Virus record (IMG/VR): IMGVR_UViG_3300025141_011586
Span: 9,169-73,168 of that record
Strand: one strand, 5' to 3'
DNA length: 64,000 nucleotides
Source: a virus
Position 1 is the first letter of the stretch. Each line of letters begins with the position of its first letter. The notes under the pieces were generated by a model that did not search any database, was not told the DNA's origin, and was given only the letters and a program-made list of their open reading frames with translations. Of the stretch, positions 57,670 to 64,000 are shown one piece after another. Both the position numbers and the translations under genes were made by a program.

Positions 57670-57745
57670 AGCCGATAGCCCAATTGGCAGAGGCAATGGA
57701 CTTAAAATCCATACAGTGTGGGTTCGACTCCCATTCGGCTTACCA
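57669..57745 (+). tRNA. tRNA-Leu(UAA), short variable arm
   Basis: Acceptor GAGCCGA/TCGGCTT, anticodon arm ATGGA-CTTAAAA-TCCAT, T loop TTCGACT, encoded CCA. Confidence 0.9.
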
Positions 57746-57746
57746 T

Positions 57747-57822
57747 GGCCCTGTAGCTCAGTGGTTAGAGCATCCGTCTTATAAGCGGAAGGTCGTAAGT
57801 TCAATTCTTACCAGGGCTACCA
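57747..57822 (+). tRNA. tRNA-Ile(UAU)
   Basis: Acceptor GGCCCTG/CAGGGCT, anticodon arm TCCGT-CTTATAA-GCGGA, T loop TTCAATT, CCA. Confidence 0.92.
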
Positions 57823-57830
57823 TACATATT

Positions 57831-58100
57831 ATGAATTTCAAAAAATATTTAATAGTGTTTTGTCTTAGTGTATTGGCAGATTTCGTAGCATCGTGCTATA
57901 GTTATCTAATTGCACATGAATGGGTGATTTCACAGATGTTCTTGGGATTTTCCCTTCCCTTTATTAACTTTCTGAGTGTTAAATACTTTATAGACAATAA
58001 GGATACTATAGAACGATTAAAAATTACATTCTGTTGTGCTTCTGGCATGGCTATAGGATCGACAGTAATGTTACTATTGTTGAAAGACATAGTAAACTAA
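57831..58100 (+). CDS. Small membrane protein
   Basis: 89 aa with about 3 hydrophobic segments; start at 57831, after the tRNAs. Confidence 0.55.
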   Translation: MNFKKYLIVFCLSVLADFVASCYSYLIAHEWVISQMFLGFSLPFINFLSVKYFIDNKDTIERLKITFCCASGMAIGSTVMLLLLKDIVN

Positions 58101-58110
58101 TTACCACTAT

Positions 58111-58186
58111 GTCTCCGTAGCTCAATTGGAAGAGCAACAGCCTTCTAAGCTGTAGGTTTCAGGTTCGAGTCCTGACGGAGATACCA
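58111..58186 (+). tRNA. tRNA-Arg(UCU)
   Basis: Acceptor GTCTCCG/CGGAGAT, anticodon arm ACAGC-CTTCTAA-GCTGT, T loop TTCGAGT, CCA. Confidence 0.93.
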
Positions 58187-58307
58187 TTATTTTTAAAGGT
58201 ACTTTGAGTCGAGTTGAGGAGACGAAGGCTCTTAGAAACGATCCTCGAAGACCATTTCACAGAATATTTATTATTTTCTACATTTCAAACTATAATAGGA
58301 CAATTAT

Positions 58308-58568
58308 ATGACCGAGACTACATCTTACCTGGAAGGCATAGTTAAGAGAACAAAAAGCCTCCACGCAAAGTTCGAGCAAAGAAGTAAGACAAAAAAAATG
58401 AAGGCAGCTATAGGGACAATGTCTTTGCTCAAGGTTAGAGCTGAGGATACGCTCAGGAGATATGAGGAGAACGCGGAGCTGAACGCAATCGTATCTCTTC
58501 AAATACAAAAGTATATCTTTGAGGACATTCTGGTCTATTGGGAAAAAGAGTTGAAGAAGCTGAAATGA
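58308..58568 (+). CDS. Hypothetical protein
   Basis: 86 aa; TATAAT at 58291. Confidence 0.55.
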   Translation: MTETTSYLEGIVKRTKSLHAKFEQRSKTKKMKAAIGTMSLLKVRAEDTLRRYEENAELNAIVSLQIQKYIFEDILVYWEKELKKLK

Positions 58569-58855
58569 ATTACACAGACATCGGGGCCGAGATAGGTAAA
58601 CTCGTTGAGGAGAAGCAATTGGCCTACGGAGATAGCTTCGGAAGATCAGGGGCTGTGCTCAGGGAATTATTCCCAAACGGTATTCCTCCAGAAAAATATG
58701 ATGATCTCTTGACAATCGCTAGGATTCTTGATAAACTATTCCGTATTGCTACTGACATTGATGCGTTCGGAGAGAACCCATACAAGGACATAGCAGGTTA
58801 TTCGATTTTAGGTGTGGGTAAATTTGAAAAGAAAAAAGATGCGGAACGACCCTGA
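58565..58855 (+). CDS. DUF1599-like / nucleotide-modification-associated all-alpha protein
   Basis: KQLAYGDSF..DKLFRI..DIAGYSIL pattern. Confidence 0.55.
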   Translation: MNYTDIGAEIGKLVEEKQLAYGDSFGRSGAVLRELFPNGIPPEKYDDLLTIARILDKLFRIATDIDAFGENPYKDIAGYSILGVGKFEKKKDAERP

Positions 58856-59045
58856 CCGAATATATTTTATGGATTTTTGGTTCGACCCTAGATTGATAGG
58901 GGATGAAGCTTTCGAGGATTATTTGTACGATTGCAACGAGGAGGACATGGGGGTAATTCTTCAGGACTTCTTGCAGGCAGATTTAATAAATGTTTATTGG
59001 ACTGATGACGATAGGTTTTACTTTGAAGATAAGGGGCAGATATGA
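58839..59045 (+). CDS. Acidic hypothetical protein
   Basis: ORF coupled to the next gene. Confidence 0.5.
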   Translation: MRNDPDRIYFMDFWFDPRLIGDEAFEDYLYDCNEEDMGVILQDFLQADLINVYWTDDDRFYFEDKGQI

Positions 59046-59602
59046 TCTCAGGTGAACAGTGGGAAAAGTATGAAGACAAGTATGGCAGGCTCATGCATAA
59101 GATCTCAAGGAACATCTCAGGGGATGCTGCGGTAGCATCGCTAGAGGACAACTATGGGGATCTATGTGTTGCAGCGTTGGAGTCTATTAAAGGCTTCCAA
59201 AAGAAAACGGGACAAGACTTTGACCAAATGTTTGGGACTAAGCTATTTGATCAGTATACGAAGACCTGTCTTTGGCATATGAAGGGGAGCAAAGGAGCTA
59301 GGATCACGCAAAAGTACCCAGTAACAAAAAATACTGTGCCTTTGCATGAGTATCCAGGAGTGCTCACGCTTATGGAGGAGAAAGGTTGCTCTCTTGAGCT
59401 AGAAGATTTTTTCGAAACCATCTCATCTAGGTTCACTCCCATGGAGAAACGGGTTGCAGATGAGGTTGCCTCAGAGCCTTCTCTGGTCAATGCAAAAGGA
59501 AAGGTAGCGGTAGGTAAGGTAGCTAGAAATTTGGGAACTACTCCATATTTTGTAAAGAAATCATTGAAGTCCATAGAAAAGAAGATTGGTAACGAACTAT
59601 AA
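59042..59602 (+). CDS. Sigma-factor-like protein
   Basis: Region-2-like (EDNYGDLCVAALESIKGF..FDQY) and C-terminal HTH (VGKVARNLGTTPYFV). Confidence 0.6.
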   Translation: MISGEQWEKYEDKYGRLMHKISRNISGDAAVASLEDNYGDLCVAALESIKGFQKKTGQDFDQMFGTKLFDQYTKTCLWHMKGSKGARITQKYPVTKNTVPLHEYPGVLTLMEEKGCSLELEDFFETISSRFTPMEKRVADEVASEPSLVNAKGKVAVGKVARNLGTTPYFVKKSLKSIEKKIGNEL

Positions 59603-59790
59603 TGGATGAGATAGAGGAAGTTGCTAAGAGGCTCTTTGGCAGGGGGAGGAATAGATATGATTACTATTCTTTGTCACTAGATGTTAGAGACTCCCTTATG
59701 TTTGGGAACGAGATAGGTCGAGAAAGCTTCGAGGAACAGGTTAGAAAGATTATTTTTAAGGAAGATGAAGAAAATGACGAAAACAGATGA
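59602..59790 (+). CDS. Hypothetical protein
   Basis: 62 aa coupled ORF. Confidence 0.45.
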   Translation: MDEIEEVAKRLFGRGRNRYDYYSLSLDVRDSLMFGNEIGRESFEEQVRKIIFKEDEENDENR

Positions 59791-60034
59791 CGGTGTAGAT
59801 GGACCATGGAAGGTGTCTAAGTGTAGAGTTGAAGAGTTGGAAGAAACTTTGAACGGTTTGATTGCTTCTGGATATTTGATTCACACCCTTTATCCAGGAG
59901 ATGAGGGCGGAAAACAAACGTTTACGATTGCAGCTATCGAGCAAAGGTTCGTTCAACCTGCACAAGTTCTTACCGAAGAGCAGCAGCAGGTTCTGAGGGA
60001 AGAAGCAGTTAATGATAGCGTTTCAGAAAGGTGA
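59765..60034 (+). CDS. Hypothetical protein
   Basis: 89 aa ORF in a tiled operon. Confidence 0.5.
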   Translation: MKKMTKTDDGVDGPWKVSKCRVEELEETLNGLIASGYLIHTLYPGDEGGKQTFTIAAIEQRFVQPAQVLTEEQQQVLREEAVNDSVSER

Positions 60035-60302
60035 TATAATGTCAAGCGAAGAAGAAATCAAGAAATTAGAGAAAGAGTTAGAGGATATTATTTCTGGAGG
60101 AAGAACACCCAGGAAGCGATTACCCTATGAGGACTTTTTTGGAGAGGGCGTATTCGATGATGAGCCCTGGGTAAAAGATTCAGCGGGGAATTGCAGTCCC
60201 CCTCCTGGCTCCAAAACGGGGCACTATAAGATAACCTCCTCTGGAAAACTTGAGCCTGTTAAAGATCCTAAAAATCGTAACAGGTCCAAGAAGGGAAGTT
60301 AA
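60012..60302 (+). CDS. Hypothetical protein
   Basis: ORF in a tiled operon. Confidence 0.5.
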   Translation: MIAFQKGDIMSSEEEIKKLEKELEDIISGGRTPRKRLPYEDFFGEGVFDDEPWVKDSAGNCSPPPGSKTGHYKITSSGKLEPVKDPKNRNRSKKGS

Positions 60303-60362
60303 TATTTTTTCAAAAAATGTTCTCTGAGGCATTACATAAGAGTAATACACTGGAGAATTCCG

Positions 60363-60452
60363 ATGATGTTCAAATCAAGCCTTTTGGCTTTTGTCTGTCT
60401 GGTCGTGTTGGTGGGGGTTATTTTGTCCTCCATTGCAGACAGTGAAAAATAG
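60363..60452 (+). CDS. Small membrane peptide (29 aa)
   Basis: ggaga RBS; MMFKSSLLAFVCLVVLVGVILSSIADSEK; below the ORF-track length cut-off. Confidence 0.4.
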   Translation: MMFKSSLLAFVCLVVLVGVILSSIADSEK

Positions 60453-60475
60453 GGGGGGTGAATGACTGAGATCTC

Positions 60476-60490
60476 TATATAGTATAGAGG
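60476..60490 (+). promoter_or_regulatory. Putative late promoter TATATA-NN-ATAGAGG
   Basis: Near-identical context to the promoter of the neck gene (14097), including the following cttt..atgg. Confidence 0.5.
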
Positions 60491-60499
60491 CTTTTATAT

Positions 60500-62536
60500 A
60501 TGGAAACAAGTACACAAAAGGTTTACGGACAGTTGAGTTTAGCAGTGCTTGGTTTGTACAAAACTGCGCTTTCAGAGCAGGCTACTTCCCCAATGCGAGC
60601 ACCCGTGGGACGCAGACCTGCCCCCGCTCTCCCACACAGGGAGAGGGCTAGACCGAAGGAAGACTTTGGTAGTGGAGTTTTTGGCCCAACTAGACGGAAG
60701 GTAAAAAGCCCACAACGAGTGCGCCCCTCTGGGTTTGGTACAGGGATCGATCCCGAGGAGATCGGCGCAGCGAGAGAAAGAGCAGGCGTTGGGGGTGGTG
60801 CTCCGAAACCCTGGGAAACCGCGCATCATCCAGATACCCCTGCTGGTACAGGGAGAAGACGGCGCACTATTGGGAAGGGACCCCCAGAGCCCGAACCCGC
60901 TCCAGCTCCTGCTGTTGACCCCGCTGCACCCCGTAAAGTCCACCAAGGCCCATCGGGCCAACGAAGAGCGGATCTCAAAGCACGTTTTGGAGATACTTAC
61001 AAAGGCGCAGGCCCAATCAAGACTACTAAGCGGTTCACTTACGGGGGCGACCCCCAGACACAGATCAATCCAGAGACTGTGACTACACCTCAGCGCACTC
61101 AACCTCATGGCCTAACCTCACGAATGATGCAGGGTGGGCGTACGATACCAGGACCTTCTCGCAGAGAGAGAATAGGTCAGGCCCTGAAAACCTTCGGGGG
61201 ATCTGCTGCGAGAACTGCCAAAGACGTTTGGGGGAAAGCTGGAGAGCTTGGTAGACGGGGAATGGAGAAAGCTGGAGAGCTTGGTAGACGGGGAATGGAG
61301 AAAGCTGGAGAGCTTGGTAGACGGGGAGGAGAGCTTGGTAGGCAGGGAATGGAGAAAGCTGGAGAGCTTGGTAGACGGGGAATGGAGAAAGCTGGAGAGC
61401 TTGGTAGACGGGGAATAGGTGCTGGTGCTGAGGTCTTAAGAACTGGAAGGGATATGGGAAAGTATGGCTTAAGCAAAGCACTATCTGCTGCAAGAAAAGC
61501 GCGTGAGTTAGGTGAGCCTCGCGCTAGAGCTGCAAGCATGGCAATGGGCAACCTAGGACAAGGAGGAACTGCCCCCCTGAAGGATCTTGCTAGGCGAAGA
61601 ATCGAGAAGCAAGGGAGAGAGGGACCACAAACTATCGACCAGCGTCGATGGGCAACCAGAAGGAAAAATGTGGAAAGGTACATGCAGACTCAGAAACCGA
61701 CTGCCTGGGACATGTTCGGAGTTGACCGAAACGCCCCAAGGTTCCGCGACCGTCAACAGCAACAACAGCAACAGCAACAACAGCAACAGCAACCCCAACA
61801 ACAACCCCAACAACAACCCCAACAACAACAACAACAGCAACCACCTATGCCTGGACGAGGAGAACAGTTAAGAGGACTCGATCCCAACACGATTAGAATA
61901 CCGAGGAGTTCTATGCAGAGACCAGAAGCACCGCCACAGGTGGCTCCTCGATTTGGGGATCTAGCAAAGCATATGGCCCTTAGAGCGGGACGAGGTGGGA
62001 TGCGAGCAATTCGAAACACACTTTTCCCAGGCGGATTCGAGAATAGGGCTATGGATGTCATGCCAGATATGCCTGTGGCTGGTGAGCCATACAGCATGAG
62101 ACAACAAATGAAAAAAGGTCGGCGCGTTGCTAGAGATAGGCGACACGGAGCAGCCTTTGACCGCGAGCAAGGTTGGCTCAAGCAGCAACAGAAGCAACAA
62201 GGCGATGCTCAAGAACTCGGACGAAGGGGGAGAGATTTGAGACGAAGGCAAATGACGGCTTGGACAGAGCCAGAAGATTTGCCAAGAGTTTCTGAGTCTT
62301 ATTATCATATTAGAAAGCTTTTGTCTGAATATGGGCAAGACCTTGGTCCAGTCCGGCGGGGAATAAAGGGTCAGCAACTTGCCAGGGCAACTGACCAAGC
62401 ACGTTTGAGAACGAAATTAAATATTGCTCGTGAAGCGGAACACCAAGCTGGTGCCCCCGCTCGCGCACGAGACGAGGCCGAGAAAGCTGCAAAGAAAGCT
62501 GCAAAGCGAAAATATAAGCCTCTAGGTACCCCTTAA
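60500..62536 (+). CDS. Basic, low-complexity, repeat-rich protein (putative internal virion protein)
   Basis: 678 aa rich in R/G/P/A; KAGELGRRGME repeats; poly-Q tract. Confidence 0.65.
   Translation: METSTQKVYGQLSLAVLGLYKTALSEQATSPMRAPVGRRPAPALPHRERARPKEDFGSGVFGPTRRKVKSPQRVRPSGFGTGIDPEEIGAARERAGVGGGAPKPWETAHHPDTPAGTGRRRRTIGKGPPEPEPAPAPAVDPAAPRKVHQGPSGQRRADLKARFGDTYKGAGPIKTTKRFTYGGDPQTQINPETVTTPQRTQPHGLTSRMMQGGRTIPGPSRRERIGQALKTFGGSAARTAKDVWGKAGELGRRGMEKAGELGRRGMEKAGELGRRGGELGRQGMEKAGELGRRGMEKAGELGRRGIGAGAEVLRTGRDMGKYGLSKALSAARKARELGEPRARAASMAMGNLGQGGTAPLKDLARRRIEKQGREGPQTIDQRRWATRRKNVERYMQTQKPTAWDMFGVDRNAPRFRDRQQQQQQQQQQQQQPQQQPQQQPQQQQQQQPPMPGRGEQLRGLDPNTIRIPRSSMQRPEAPPQVAPRFGDLAKHMALRAGRGGMRAIRNTLFPGGFENRAMDVMPDMPVAGEPYSMRQQMKKGRRVARDRRHGAAFDREQGWLKQQQKQQGDAQELGRRGRDLRRRQMTAWTEPEDLPRVSESYYHIRKLLSEYGQDLGPVRRGIKGQQLARATDQARLRTKLNIAREAEHQAGAPARARDEAEKAAKKAAKRKYKPLGTP
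61234..61416 (+). repeat. 33-bp coding tandem repeat (KAGELGRRGME x~5)
   Basis: gaaagctggagagcttggtagacggggaatgga repeated, with one truncated unit. Confidence 0.92.
61754..61840 (+). repeat. CAA/CAG poly-glutamine microsatellite
   Basis: Encodes QQQQQQQQQQQQQPQQQPQQQPQQQQQQQ. Confidence 0.92.
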
Positions 62537-62549
62537 AATGGAGAGATAA

Positions 62550-62957
62550 ATGAAGTATTTACTGACATGTTTATTTGTATTGGGAATCTGTGCTCCCCTT
62601 TCGGCACAGAGAACACATAACACTCACAAGAGCATTCCTACCAAGACCTATCCTACTGAACAACTGAAGAATAAGGTCGAAGCTATTAAGGAATACATGG
62701 AGAGAAAGCATGGCAGCAGCGGATCACGCAAGCCATCTTCGAAGAAGGAGCCTGAGAAGAAGGGTAGCCCATGTAGCTCGAAGGGTTGCAAGTGCGCTTG
62801 CCACAAGAAGCAGGAAGACACTCGTAAGCCCACTAGAGGATCGAAACGCCATCACGGTAGCTCAAAGTCGAAGGGTCGCTCAGAAGGGCGCAGAGGCCAG
62901 CACAGAACAGTCTCAAGATTACCTTTAACTTGGAGCAAAGGGCGTAACCATGGCTAA
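62550..62957 (+). CDS. Secreted/exported basic protein
   Basis: Signal peptide MKYLLTCLFVLGICAPLSA-Q; ggaga RBS; CxxxxCxCxC cluster. Confidence 0.6.
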   Translation: MKYLLTCLFVLGICAPLSAQRTHNTHKSIPTKTYPTEQLKNKVEAIKEYMERKHGSSGSRKPSSKKEPEKKGSPCSSKGCKCACHKKQEDTRKPTRGSKRHHGSSKSKGRSEGRRGQHRTVSRLPLTWSKGRNHG

Positions 62958-63273
62958 ATCTAACTCAACTATGGATCGTATGGCTGAACTTATGTTTGAG
63001 GCCATGCAGACTGGCCTTAAGGCTTCGGGGCGACCCATCAAGGGCCAGAAGCCAGCATCTCAAGCGGATATTGCAGCATCTCTACGGGCCAAGGGGGACC
63101 CCGCACAACAGGCGTGGACAGCAGCAAGAAAAAAGAGGACGGGAGGAGCCAGTCCAGGATTTGCTATTTCAGATATTAAAGACCCCAAAAAACGAGGGGT
63201 GGTAGCACAGCAATCAGCCAGAGCTTCCGCAGTCGATCCCCGTACAGGAATCTCTTTGCATAAGAAGCCATGA
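62950..63273 (+). CDS. Small basic protein with DRMAELMFE N-terminal motif
   Basis: 107 aa, K/R/A rich. Confidence 0.6.
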   Translation: MAKSNSTMDRMAELMFEAMQTGLKASGRPIKGQKPASQADIAASLRAKGDPAQQAWTAARKKRTGGASPGFAISDIKDPKKRGVVAQQSARASAVDPRTGISLHKKP

Positions 63274-63449
63274 CTAAAAAAGATGATCAAGAGTGGAATG
63301 GTTTTATTCCTGATGTGCATCCTACCGTAGCACTTCAACTATTACAGAAAAAAGTTGAAGAGATGGAGGAACGTATGGATGAGATGGAGAAGCAATTGAT
63401 CATGGCTACTGGTAAGAACAGAGTTGAATACTGGGAGGACAGGTTATGA
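63270..63449 (+). CDS. Small coiled-coil hypothetical protein (59 aa)
   Basis: ATGA overlaps at both ends; MTKKDDQEW...YWEDRL; below the ORF-track length cut-off. Confidence 0.55.
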   Translation: MTKKDDQEWNGFIPDVHPTVALQLLQKKVEEMEERMDEMEKQLIMATGKNRVEYWEDRL

Positions 63450-63802
63450 AACCAGTGTATGACAGAATGGTAGAGGTTCTCTTAGAGGCTGGAAAAAAGA
63501 GTAAAGGTGCAAGTATTCCTGTATTACTCGCAAAGGTACGTGTCAAAAGAACTGGACCTTCGAAGGAAGACCTTGAAAAGGCAGCAGAAGAATCAGGGTC
63601 TGCACGGGCGAAGCGTCTTGAAAAGCGTCTAAAGACCGAATCGATTGTTGATAAACCATCTGAGCTTTCATCAGGCTCTAAAAGAGGAGTGAAACACCAA
63701 CACCCAGAATCAGTTGCAGGCATTGAAAGGCAGATTAAGGCCGCTTTAGCGAAAAAAGGTCTTAAACTAGACCCAAAAACAGGTAAAGCTGTAAAAAAGT
63801 AG
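63446..63802 (+). CDS. Small basic protein with YDRMVEVLLE N-terminal motif
   Basis: 118 aa, ggagg RBS, K-rich. Confidence 0.65.
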   Translation: MKPVYDRMVEVLLEAGKKSKGASIPVLLAKVRVKRTGPSKEDLEKAAEESGSARAKRLEKRLKTESIVDKPSELSSGSKRGVKHQHPESVAGIERQIKAALAKKGLKLDPKTGKAVKK

Positions 63803-63803
63803 A

Positions 63804-64000
63804 ATGGAACAAGACATATACAACAGAATAGGTAAGCTAGAAGATGGTATTACAGATGTAAAGGTTGAGTTAGCTCAAACCTATAAAGATCTTATTAATC
63901 ATCACAAAATGGATGAGGTAAACTCCAAACTCTACAAAAAAGAGTTAGCTGCAATTAGAGAAGCAACCAAAGATAAGTACGCAGGTAAAAGCCGATTCGA
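63804..64000 (+). CDS. Hypothetical protein, 3'-truncated
   Basis: MEQDIYNRIGKLE...; frame open to the window end. Confidence 0.5.
   Translation, partial: MEQDIYNRIGKLEDGITDVKVELAQTYKDLINHHKMDEVNSKLYKKELAAIREATKDKYAGKSRF

Noticed and set aside
57684-57830. N-terminal part of ORF 57684..58100
   Set aside because: It overlaps two well-formed tRNA genes; the real start is probably 57831
58205-58245. Hammerhead ribozyme (TGAGGA...GAAAC)
   Set aside because: Lacks the CUGANGA core and the stems needed around the GTC
61234-61416. CRISPR array (33-bp repeats)
   Set aside because: No unique spacers; it is a coding tandem repeat
61553-62181. Poly-Cys, poly-Leu, poly-Val and poly-Asn ORFs in other frames
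   Set aside because: They are shadow translations of the CAA/CAG poly-Q tract
1-64000. Alternative genetic code (stop-codon reassignment), as in some large phages
   Set aside because: Core genes are full length in code 11 and end in TAA, TAG and TGA with tight tiling; no suppressor tRNA is seen

Overview
This 64-kb window is part of a large lytic myophage genome with a distant T4-like core, read in standard genetic code and almost entirely on the + strand. In order it contains: tail/baseplate-type structural genes and a PAAR tip (1-9.1 kb); the head module with protease, scaffold and major capsid protein; neck, tail terminator, sheath and tube (10-19.6 kb); a replication/recombination block with an Hjc-type resolvase, a gp55-like late sigma factor, a family A DNA polymerase split into three genes, Mre11/Rad50, a class II RNR, GroES, helicase, UvsY and SSB (22-36 kb); a ~14-kb glycan biosynthesis operon with 8-9 glycosyltransferases, NeuA/NeuB, deacetylases, a formyltransferase, an amidotransferase and methyltransferases (36.7-50.7 kb); dUTPase, a tubulin/FtsZ-family GTPase, RecA, a Clp-type ATPase, three tRNAs for A-ending codons (Leu-UAA, Ile-UAU, Arg-UCU), a second sigma-like factor, and basic low-complexity proteins (51-64 kb). 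The most notable signals are: (1) the tripartite UDG-exonuclease-PolA, interrupted by antisense genes and with altered conserved motifs; (2) an exporter-less nonulosonic-acid glycosylation operon; (3) a dispersed family of basic proteins sharing a capsid-targeting-like N-terminal motif; and (4) repeated leaderless, often bidirectional, TATAAT/TATTAT promoters. All functional calls come from motif recognition by eye, with no database searches.
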